Source: Candidatus Zixiibacteriota bacterium
Lineage (GTDB): Bacteria; Zixibacteria; MSB-5A5; WJJR01
Assembly: GCA_036170655.1 (NCBI GenBank)
Contig: JAVHPP010000035.1
Location: forward strand, 1-17,682
DNA: 17,682 bases
Reading direction: 5' to 3'
Positions within the stretch are counted from its first letter, which is position 1. Every line of letters begins with the position of its first letter. A program made the translations under genes and the position numbers. Of this stretch, positions 1 through 7,436 are shown one piece after another. A model generated the notes under the pieces. It did no database searches and was not told the DNA's origin. It was given only the letters and a program-made list of their open reading frames with translations.

Positions 1-37
1 GCCATATCGCGTAGTGTGAGTTAATTCAGGGGGTTGA

Positions 38-1735
38 ATGAGTGTTGAGCAGCCAGCGCCGGTAGCAGACGGTCAGGCCACACGTTTCCGGAAGTGTCTG
101 AACGCCCTGACCGACAATGCTCCCCGGCAGCAGGCTGGAGTTGTCTCATTCGCCGGATCCCGTCTCTCTCATAGAATCACGATCCGGCTGCTCATAGTTT
201 TCATTCTCCTGGCGCTGGCGCCTTCCACGTTGTTCGTCTGGCATTCGCTCGAAAAAGCCGACAACTCACAAGCTACGGTGTTCGCCACAAACTCCGGTAG
301 CGAGCACTACATCATTCCCATTCTGCTCGCAGCCGTCATCGTTTTCGTGGCCTTTCGCATGGGCATTCGCCTCCTGCGTCCCATTCGTCGCCTGATCAAG
401 GCAGAAGAGCAGTTCATCGAGGGGGGGCAAGAGGCCGCGCAGATCGCCGAGGATCAGATTTCCAATGACGAAGTCGGCGATCTGATGCGCCGCCGTAACG
501 CGGCGATCCGCCAGATCATGGCCGCAGAGGAACGCCAGCGACGCCTCGTTGACGACGTCGATGCCATCGTCTGGGAAGCGGAAGCCGGCAGCTGGCATTA
601 CACCTACGTCAGCCACCGGGCGGAGAACATGCTCGGCTATCCCGTCAGCCAGTGGCTCACCGAACCGGACTTCTGGGTTCGGCATATCCACCCCGCGGAT
701 CGCAGTCAGGTTGTGCGTACGCGTCTGATCGAGGTCATCGCGGGGAGAGATCACCAGATCGAGTATCGCCTGATCGCCGCTGGCGACCGGATCGTCTGGG
801 TGCGCGACTTCGTCCGTCTGGTTGAAAACTCCCAAGGCCCTGATGGCCAGTTGCGCGGTGTCATGATTGATATCACGGCGTCCAAGCGCGCCGCAGAGGA
901 ATTGCACGAATCGCACCGGTTCTTGCAATCCAGTCTGGATGCTTTGTCCGCGCACATCGCCATCCTCGATGAGAAGGGCACAATCACCGCCGTCAACGCG
1001 GCGTGGCGACGCTTTGCCAAGGCCAACCAGTGCGGTGGGACGGATGGCGGCGTGGGAACCAGCCACCTCGAAGTCTGCAAGATCTGCTCTCAGATCGAAG
1101 CGCCGGAGGCGGCACAAATGGCCCAGGGAATCCGCGAAGTCATGATGCGTCAGCGTAGCGAGTTCCAGATGGAATACCCATGCCACAGTTCCGGTGAAAA
1201 CCGGTGGTTCCACCTGCGGGTTACGCGCTTTGAGGGCCGGGGACCAGTGCGTGTTGTCGTGGCCCACGAGGACATCACCGAGCGCAAACGTGCCGAGGCG
1301 GAAAACCAGCGCGCCTCGTCGCTGCTGCGCGCGACGCTCGAATCGACCGCCGATGGCATCCTCGTCGTCGGCAGTGATGGACACATTGCTATCTTCAACA
1401 AGCGCTTCGCAGACATGTGGCGCATTCCCACCGAGGTACTCGCCTCCGGTGACGATGCCAGGGCGCTGGCATTCGTCCTCGACCAATTGGTCGTCCCGCA
1501 GCAGTTCCTCGCCAAGGTCCAGGAATTGTACAGCCATCCCGACGCGGAGAGCTGGGACGTTCTCGATTTCAAAGATGGCCGGGTCTTCGAACGGTATTCT
1601 CTGCCCCAACGGCTGGACGGGAAAAGCGTGGGCCGTGTCTGGAGCTTCCGGAATGTAACGCAGCAAGCGACACTGTCCCCAAAGACCAACGCAAGGATCG
1701 CCCATGCTCGCGAAGAAGCGCATCCTGTTTGTTGA
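38..1735 (+). CDS. Membrane-anchored HAMP + triple PAS/PAC sensor protein with no recognisable output domain
   Basis: 565-aa ORF. Two hydrophobic helices (IRLLIVFILLALAPSTLFVW; YIIPILLAAVIVFVAF), a HAMP-like segment (LLRPIRRLIKA...DEVGDLMRR) and three PAS/PAC repeats (YVSHRAENMLGY...IHPAD...GVMIDIT; ILDEKGTITAVNAAW...HEDITERK; LESTADGILVV...FNKRFADMW...VWSFRNVT). No H-box, HATPase or GGDEF motif. Start codon uncertain. Confidence 0.85.
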   Translation: MSVEQPAPVADGQATRFRKCLNALTDNAPRQQAGVVSFAGSRLSHRITIRLLIVFILLALAPSTLFVWHSLEKADNSQATVFATNSGSEHYIIPILLAAVIVFVAFRMGIRLLRPIRRLIKAEEQFIEGGQEAAQIAEDQISNDEVGDLMRRRNAAIRQIMAAEERQRRLVDDVDAIVWEAEAGSWHYTYVSHRAENMLGYPVSQWLTEPDFWVRHIHPADRSQVVRTRLIEVIAGRDHQIEYRLIAAGDRIVWVRDFVRLVENSQGPDGQLRGVMIDITASKRAAEELHESHRFLQSSLDALSAHIAILDEKGTITAVNAAWRRFAKANQCGGTDGGVGTSHLEVCKICSQIEAPEAAQMAQGIREVMMRQRSEFQMEYPCHSSGENRWFHLRVTRFEGRGPVRVVVAHEDITERKRAEAENQRASSLLRATLESTADGILVVGSDGHIAIFNKRFADMWRIPTEVLASGDDARALAFVLDQLVVPQQFLAKVQELYSHPDAESWDVLDFKDGRVFERYSLPQRLDGKSVGRVWSFRNVTQQATLSPKTNARIAHAREEAHPVC

Positions 1736-2948
1736 CGACGAGCCCCACGTTCTCGATGGGCTCCACCGAATGCTGCATCGCATGCAGCAGGAATGGGAAA
1801 TGGAGTTTGTCACCAGCGGCCAAGAGGCGCTGGACACCATGGCGGCTCATCCGGTCGACGTCATCATCACCGACATGCGCATGCCGAATATGAATGGCGC
1901 GCAGCTGCTCGAAGTGGTGCGCAGCCGGTACCCGGACATTGTGCGGCTGGTCCTCTCAGGATACTCGAACCGGGAGCTGATCCTACGGTCCGTCGGCCCG
2001 GCGCATCAGTTCCTCGCGAAACCCTGCGATGCCAATGCGCTGATTGCCACAGTCACGCGCAGTTGCACCCTGCGTTCCCATCTGAACACGCCGGCGCTGG
2101 CCGGCGTGGTCGCGCGGATCGAATCGCTCCCCGCGTTGCCGGCAACCTACGCCGAACTCGTGCACACGCTGGCCAATGACAACGCTTCGTCGGCGGATGT
2201 CGGGGACATCATCTCCCGTGACTTGGGATTGACCTCCAAGATTCTGCAGTTGGTCAATTCAGCGTTCTTCGGACTGCACGAGCCAATTGATGACACGTCC
2301 CGCGCTGTTCTTTACCTGGGACTCGACACCGTCAAGAGTCTGGCGCTCAACGAGGGGGTCTTCTCTCAGATTGATGCGACAATTGTCAGGGAGTTCTCGA
2401 TCGAAAAACTGCAGGAACACTGTCTGCGGGTGGGTCTGCTGTCGCGCCGGATCGCGCGCGAAGCATCCCTTCCCTCCCCGGCGCAGAACGATGCGTTCAC
2501 AGGGGGCATCCTCCATGGCGTGGGACGGTTGATCATGGCCGCCAACTTCCCGCAGGAACACCGGCAATCCCTGGCCATCGCGCGCGACCGTGGGATCCGC
2601 CTGCCCGAGGCCGAGCGGGAAATCCTGGGCGCCACGCACACCCAGCTCGGAGGGTATCTCCTGGGACTCTGGGGGCTGTCCGATCCGATTGTCGAAGCCG
2701 TCACCTTTCACAATGAACCGGGGGCATCGCCGAATCGGACCGCCGGACCGTTGATGGTCGTGCACGTAGCCAACCATCTGGATCAGAAATCCACCGCATC
2801 CGCTCTCTCCGAGGGGCCGTGCCCTCTCGACCTGCAGTACCTGGCGGAGGTCGGCATGACAGAACAGTTATCACACTGGCGGACGCTCGCGCCGACGCTG
2901 GTGCCCGTGTCTGAAGAATCATCGATAGGAGCGTTCAATGGCCGTTGA
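1704..2948 (+). CDS. Response regulator, receiver + HDOD domain
   Basis: N-terminal REC (ILFVDDE, ITDMRMP phospho-Asp, LSG, LAKP) followed by HDOD signatures (LPALP, DLGLTSKILQLVNSAFFG, LHGVGRL, HTQLGGYLLGLWGL). AAGGA SD upstream of the ATG. Confidence 0.92.
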   Translation: MLAKKRILFVDDEPHVLDGLHRMLHRMQQEWEMEFVTSGQEALDTMAAHPVDVIITDMRMPNMNGAQLLEVVRSRYPDIVRLVLSGYSNRELILRSVGPAHQFLAKPCDANALIATVTRSCTLRSHLNTPALAGVVARIESLPALPATYAELVHTLANDNASSADVGDIISRDLGLTSKILQLVNSAFFGLHEPIDDTSRAVLYLGLDTVKSLALNEGVFSQIDATIVREFSIEKLQEHCLRVGLLSRRIAREASLPSPAQNDAFTGGILHGVGRLIMAANFPQEHRQSLAIARDRGIRLPEAEREILGATHTQLGGYLLGLWGLSDPIVEAVTFHNEPGASPNRTAGPLMVVHVANHLDQKSTASALSEGPCPLDLQYLAEVGMTEQLSHWRTLAPTLVPVSEESSIGAFNGR

Positions 2949-4149
2949 AAAAATCCTGTTTGTCGACGACGAACCCAATATCCTCGAGGGGATCAAGCGG
3001 CAGTTCCGGCGTGAATTCGTCATCGCCACCGCGTCACGGGGAGAAGAGGCATTGCAACGCCTGAAAAGCGAAGGCCCATTCGCCGTAGTCGTGTCCGACC
3101 TGCGCATGCCCGAAATGGACGGCATCCAGTTCCTTTCTAAGGCGCGCGAAATCAGCCCCGACAGCGTGCGCATGATGCTGACCGGCAATGCCGACATCTC
3201 CGCCGCCATGCAGGCGGTCAACGAGGGCAACATCTTTCGTTTCATGGCGAAACCCTGTCCGTCTGACATTCTGTCGCGCAGTCTCCGCACCGGGCTGGAG
3301 CAGTACCGTCTGCAGATGGCCGAACGCGACCTCCTGGAGAAAACCCTACATGGCAGCGTGAAAGTCCTCACCGACATTCTGGGCATGGTGAATCCGGCGG
3401 CCTTCGGCCGCGCCGCACGGGTGAAACGCTATGTGCGCGGCGTGGCCAAACTGGTTGGGGAGAGTCTCGGCCTCGATGCCGGCGCCATGTGGCAATACGA
3501 CCTGGCCGCAATGTTGTCCCAGATCGGTTGTGTCGCCCTTCCCCCGAATTTGCTGAAGAAAGTTTTCGAAGGCGGGTCGTTGTCTGACGCAGAGCAGCGA
3601 CTCTACGATACGCATCCCAAAATTGGCAAGGAACTGATCGCCAATATCCCCCGGCTCGAGGACGTGGCCGAGATCATTGTACATCAGAATCTTCACTACG
3701 ATGGGTCGGAAGGACCTCCCGGTGCGCGCCGAGGGTCCGACATCCCGCTGGGATCGCGTATTCTGAAAGTGGTTTTGGATTACGACGCGCTGGTGTCCAG
3801 CGGGTCATCGACCGCCGCAGCCCTGGCGACACTGACAGAGCATACCGACTGGTATGATGCCGCCGTGCTCCGGGCAATGGAAACGCTCGTCGGCCTCGAG
3901 TCCCAGTACGAAGTGAAGAAGGTATCAGCCAAGGATCTGAATTCGAATATGATCCTGGCGGAAAATGTGCTCTCGACCGACGGCCAGATCTTGATCGCCA
4001 AGGGTTTCGAGCTCAGCCCGTCCATCTTGAGACGGCTGGAGCATTTCGCGCAGAACATGCCGCTGCGGGAACCAATCTGTGTCCTCGTCCCGGCGCAGAA
4101 ACCGGAACCGGCGCCCCGCGCCGAGAAGGGAATGCTTGTCGCCGGCTAA
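2938..4149 (+). CDS. Response regulator, receiver + degenerate HD-GYP-like (RpfG-type) domain
   Basis: REC (ILFVDDE, VSDLRMP, LTG, MAKP). The output resembles HD-GYP (AAMLSQIG, HPKIGKELIANIPRLEDVAEII, HQNLHYDGS, IPLGSRILKVVLDYDAL) but the HD and GYP motifs are substituted. AGGAG SD; overlaps the upstream gene by 11 nt. Confidence 0.9.
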   Translation: MAVEKILFVDDEPNILEGIKRQFRREFVIATASRGEEALQRLKSEGPFAVVVSDLRMPEMDGIQFLSKAREISPDSVRMMLTGNADISAAMQAVNEGNIFRFMAKPCPSDILSRSLRTGLEQYRLQMAERDLLEKTLHGSVKVLTDILGMVNPAAFGRAARVKRYVRGVAKLVGESLGLDAGAMWQYDLAAMLSQIGCVALPPNLLKKVFEGGSLSDAEQRLYDTHPKIGKELIANIPRLEDVAEIIVHQNLHYDGSEGPPGARRGSDIPLGSRILKVVLDYDALVSSGSSTAAALATLTEHTDWYDAAVLRAMETLVGLESQYEVKKVSAKDLNSNMILAENVLSTDGQILIAKGFELSPSILRRLEHFAQNMPLREPICVLVPAQKPEPAPRAEKGMLVAG

Positions 4150-4206
4150 GAGACGCGCAACCGCGCCTGAGAATGGACGCTGTCCGCCGCGCGAATGACG
4201 GCACGA

Positions 4207-5106
4207 TCAAAGAGCCGCCAGCACCTCCTCGAAGTGCCCATGAACCTGCACCTGGGGGAATATCTTCGCAATCCGTCCATCCTCGTCGATCACAAATGTC
4301 GTGCGCTCGGTGGTCATGTGCGTCCGGCCCTCGTACGTCTTCTCTTTCCAGACACCGTACGCCTGGACCACCTGCTTGTTTTCATCGCTGAGCAACGGAA
4401 AGTTGAGGCCAAATTTCTCGCGAAACATCTGGTGGGATTCAATCGGATCGACACTGATACCGAGCACAACCGCCCCACGTTCTTCAATCTCCATCAATCC
4501 ATCACGGAACGCGCACGCTTCCAGTGTGCACCCGGGGGTGTCGTCTTTTGGGTAGAAGTATAGGACCACTTGCTGGCCACGATAATCGGACAGCGCCAGA
4601 AAACCGCCGTCATCGGCCGGAAGTTCGAAGTCCGGCGCCATCTGGCCCACCCGCAATAGAGTTTCTGCAACCGGAGGCGCGGTCACCGGAGACGGTGGCG
4701 CGGGAGAAACGATGCGGGGAAACAAGTCAACTCCACTCCCCACTGTGTCCGGCGTACGGGACGCTTTGATGAGCCGCGACTTGGTGGGCTTGACAACCGT
4801 CATGCCAGAAGCCGGAGCGACAACCATAGGCGATTTCGGTTTGGTGACTTTCGGTTTGCCCACCTTGACCTTTACCTTGGCCTTGACCTTGATTTTGGCG
4901 GGTTTTCTCTTCGCGGGCGCTGCCTTCCTGGGAGTGGCTTTCTTCTTCGCCGCGACCTTCTTCTTCGCGACCACTTTTCGGGAGGACACTCTCGCCTTCG
5001 TCAACGTTTTCTTCTTCGATGTCGCTTTCTTCTTGGCCGCCTTCTTGGTTCCTACGGCCTTTTTCGCCTTGGCAGGCTTCCGGGTACTCTTTGCGGCTTT
5101 GGCCAT
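4207..5106 (-). CDS. bcp: Thioredoxin-dependent peroxiredoxin (BCP/PrxQ) with N-terminal histone-H1-like Lys/Ala-rich extension
   Basis: C-terminal ~150 aa carry APDFELP, VVLYFYPKDDTPGCTLEACAFRD (PxxxTxxC plus CxxxxC), FPLLSD and ERTTFVIDEDG. The first ~90 aa are K/A/V-rich, followed by a Pro-rich linker. GAGG SD precedes ATG 5106. Confidence 0.93.
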   Translation of the reverse strand: MAKAAKSTRKPAKAKKAVGTKKAAKKKATSKKKTLTKARVSSRKVVAKKKVAAKKKATPRKAAPAKRKPAKIKVKAKVKVKVGKPKVTKPKSPMVVAPASGMTVVKPTKSRLIKASRTPDTVGSGVDLFPRIVSPAPPSPVTAPPVAETLLRVGQMAPDFELPADDGGFLALSDYRGQQVVLYFYPKDDTPGCTLEACAFRDGLMEIEERGAVVLGISVDPIESHQMFREKFGLNFPLLSDENKQVVQAYGVWKEKTYEGRTHMTTERTTFVIDEDGRIAKIFPQVQVHGHFEEVLAAL

Positions 5107-5169
5107 TGCATTTCCTCAGACAAAGTGAAGTGACTGACTCTCTCCCGACAATCGCTCAAACACACCGAA

Positions 5170-5198
5170 TCCATACCCGACAGCAATCCCGCTGTCAA
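5170..5198 (-). promoter_or_regulatory. Possible sigma70 promoter for bcp
   Basis: Minus strand TTGACA (5198-5193), 17-nt spacer, TATGGA (5175-5170). Perfect -35, imperfect -10. Confidence 0.4.
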
Positions 5199-5509
5199 GA
5201 CGATTCAAAGTCTCCGAGACCCGGCTGCGCGCCGCGAGAAATGGGTGCGGGGTTCGCCGAACCGGCGTCACTACTCGCAATGCAACGATCAGTCCATGAG
5301 CAACCAGCAAGAGGATGCAGTCGGAAGTCGCCGCAACTCATTGAACACAAAAATGTTGCAATGCATCTCCCACGGTGCCGCTCGTGGTGCGTACCCGGAG
5401 CGTTCGACTTGTCTGAGCGGCAAACCCAGTGTAGATTATCAACACCGCGTCATGGACCTTCCGTGCGGACACAACACAATCGAGTGATGAACTTGGGATT
5501 ACCCACCAC

Positions 5510-6061
5510 ATGAGCGAAGACCAGCGAAAGTTCGTCGCGGCGATTCTTGCCGGTGACCCACGAGCCATCAAGATGGTCGAGACCTGGATCTACAAGGTCA
5601 TCAAGTGCTCATCTTGGATGAGAACCTTCGATTGGGAAGATATCCGGCAGGAAGCGTTACTGGCCTTGGTCGAGAACCTTCGTCATGGAAACTACAGAGG
5701 AGAGGGCCTCAGATCGTACGTCGAAAGAATCACCAAGAATAAGTGCGTCAATATATTGCGACAGCAAAAACGGGAGATGATCGACCCCTCAGTTGAACTG
5801 GAGAATGTCGAAGTACCGGCCGATTGTCCCGATCCGGGTGAAAAAATCGACCGCGAACGCAAAATGCGCCTGATCCGTTTGAGTGTCCAACGCCTTAGCC
5901 CGGAGAACAGGCAACTTCTCAAAGGTGCGTTTGTGGATGGACTCCTGGGCCGGGAAGCCGCCGCACAGCTCGGAATCTCACACAATAACTACCGGCGACG
6001 ACTCCACAAGTGTACGCTGGAGTTACGAGGATTTTGCGAAAAAGGCGAAAAAACACCCTAA
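5510..6061 (+). CDS. ECF-type RNA polymerase sigma-70 factor
   Basis: 183 aa. Region 2 (DWEDIRQEALLALV...LRSYVERITKNKCVNILR) and region 4 HTH (LSPENRQLL...GREAAAQLGISHNNYRRRLHK). Directly followed by an anti-sigma gene. Confidence 0.9.
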   Translation: MSEDQRKFVAAILAGDPRAIKMVETWIYKVIKCSSWMRTFDWEDIRQEALLALVENLRHGNYRGEGLRSYVERITKNKCVNILRQQKREMIDPSVELENVEVPADCPDPGEKIDRERKMRLIRLSVQRLSPENRQLLKGAFVDGLLGREAAAQLGISHNNYRRRLHKCTLELRGFCEKGEKTP

Positions 6062-6108
6062 CATATCCCGCCTTCGACCGACATCATGGTGGAGGGGAGC
6101 GCAGAACT

Positions 6109-6975
6109 TTGACCCAGAATGAACACGAATCGATCAAACTGCTGATCGCTGAATACGTCATGGGACACCTCGACGAGGCCGATCGTGCGCGTGTCCACGC
6201 TCACCTCGAAACCTGCCGGGAATGTCAGGAGTCATCAGAGCAGGTCCAGATCATCGCATCTGATCTGCACGCACTGAAAGCGGAGGAGTCCGGCAAACAT
6301 ATCCCGTCAGATTTACTCGTGCGTTATTCAGAAAATGACGCCTCGATCGAACACGACGCCGTTGATGCCCTGGAGATTCACCTGCTGTTTTGCGCCTCCT
6401 GCGCTGGGGAATTCGCCATGCTTCGGCAGGTCAATGCCGAACTCGGAGCGGCACCTGGAGAAGTCGGTCCGCTGCCCGCAATCACTTCCGTGCAGACTGG
6501 CTCTGGTCTTGCGCGATTCTTTCTGCGCCCCGTGGTCGCTTACGCCATCGCGGCGACACTGACTGTTGCGCTGGGGATCCCGGCTGGCTTGCACCTCTCC
6601 GGCCGGAGGAGCGCCGGATCGGCGTCGTCGGGACTCCAGGTTGAACAGGTGTTCGCTCTGACGGAGCAAATGCGGGGCAGTCGGGACGTGACAGAAGTCG
6701 GCCGGAGCAGCGACACAGAGACGATACATCTTCTCCTGCGGATGAATCGGGAGCCGGGACTGAAATACGATGCCACTCTCCTGGATTCGGCAAGCGCGCC
6801 ACTTCTACACCAGTCTCTGCCAACCTTGACGACAGAGAGCGGACCGCTCCAGTTGTCGCTCGGAACTGCGCACCTGAAGGATGGACGCTATGCCCTCGAA
6901 GTTCGCGGTCTCCCACCGACCAGCCATCCCGACACGCTCATCGTGATCTTCCCCTTCGCGCTGACCTCGAAGTAG
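6109..6975 (+). CDS. Membrane-bound zinc-finger (zf-HC2/ZAS) anti-sigma factor with two HxxxCxxC motifs
   Basis: HLETCREC and HLLFCASC motifs, one TM helix (PVVAYAIAATLTVALGIPAGL) and a ~125-aa C-terminal domain. Likely start TTG 6109 with GGAG at 6096-6099; the ORF-track start at 6010 overlaps the sigma gene. Confidence 0.85.
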   Translation: MTQNEHESIKLLIAEYVMGHLDEADRARVHAHLETCRECQESSEQVQIIASDLHALKAEESGKHIPSDLLVRYSENDASIEHDAVDALEIHLLFCASCAGEFAMLRQVNAELGAAPGEVGPLPAITSVQTGSGLARFFLRPVVAYAIAATLTVALGIPAGLHLSGRRSAGSASSGLQVEQVFALTEQMRGSRDVTEVGRSSDTETIHLLLRMNREPGLKYDATLLDSASAPLLHQSLPTLTTESGPLQLSLGTAHLKDGRYALEVRGLPPTSHPDTLIVIFPFALTSK

Positions 6976-7005
6976 GGTAGGCTCTGCCGTCCACTTTTCA
7001 TTCTC

Positions 7006-7339
7006 GTCTCTGAAAGGGGCATCCTGCCTCAGGGTCTGTCGAAAAACCCCCAATCGTCATTCCCGCGAACGCGGGAATCCATTGTTCTTCTCTCCCGTCC
7101 CAGTGGGCCCCCGCTTTCGCGGGGGTGACATCATAAGGTTTGGCCTGTGCGTCAGGTTTTTCAACACGCCCGCAAGCGGGAATCTATTTTCTCTTTCGTC
7201 CATCCCGGTGGCCCCCCGCGTTCGCGGGGATGACATCACGAGGCTTGGCCTGGGCATCAGGTTTTTCAACATGCCCCTCAGCCCAAGGCAAAGCCTTGGG
7301 AACAAGGCAACCACCAATTCCCCTGAGCCCTGAAAGGGC
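7006..7339. repeat. REP-like palindrome set (CCCTGAAAGGG / CCCAAGGC-AAA-GCCTTGGG type) interrupted by a MITE
   Basis: GTCTCTGAAAGGGGC (7006-7020), hairpin CCCAAGGC-AAA-GCCTTGGG (7282-7300) and GCCCTGAAAGGGC (7327-7339). The first two become near-adjacent when 7032-7280 is removed. Confidence 0.6.
7032..7276 (+). mobile_element. Composite MITE: full 140-bp unit (7032-7171) plus 5'-truncated 105-bp unit (7172-7276), flanked by CTCA duplication
   Basis: Left TIR GGGTCTGTCGAAAAACC; right TIRs GGTTTTTCAACACGCCC (ends 7171) and GGTTTTTCAACATGCCC (ends 7276). CTCA at 7028-7031 and 7277-7280. Internal inverted REP pair GTCATTCCCGCGAACGCGGGAATCCA...TGGGCCCCCGCTTTCGCGGGGGTGAC. Confidence 0.88.
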
Positions 7340-7436
7340 GGCCCTCAATCCAGAATATGCAGGTGATCGGGAGATCCCGTACCCAAGCGTTGCCCCCGCC
7401 CCGGTCCGCCGCGCCAACGCTCACGAGACGAGCGCT

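Noticed and set aside
1640..1735. Programmed frameshift fusing the PAS sensor to REC-HDOD
   Set aside because: No slippery heptamer is seen, and the downstream gene has its own AAGGA SD and ATG.
266..1840. 524-aa minus-strand ORF
   Set aside because: Antisense shadow of the PAS sensor, typical of high-GC DNA; no motifs.
5277..5365. GCAATGCA repeated at 5277-5284 and 5358-5365 as an operator or ECF promoter
   Set aside because: Only an 8-mer seen twice; cannot be told from chance without comparative data.
5019..5571. Short ORFs in the bcp-sigma intergenic region
   Set aside because: No motifs, mutually overlapping, and the region is better explained as a divergent promoter region.
6972..6993. 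GTAGGGTAGGCTCTGCCGTCCA as a GTAG-family REP
   Set aside because: Weak palindrome, single copy, and overlaps the stop codon.
7032..7339. CRISPR array next to the TPR-CHAT gene
   Set aside because: The units are 105-140 bp with homologous interiors, TIRs and TSDs. There are no short identical repeats with unique spacers and no cas genes.
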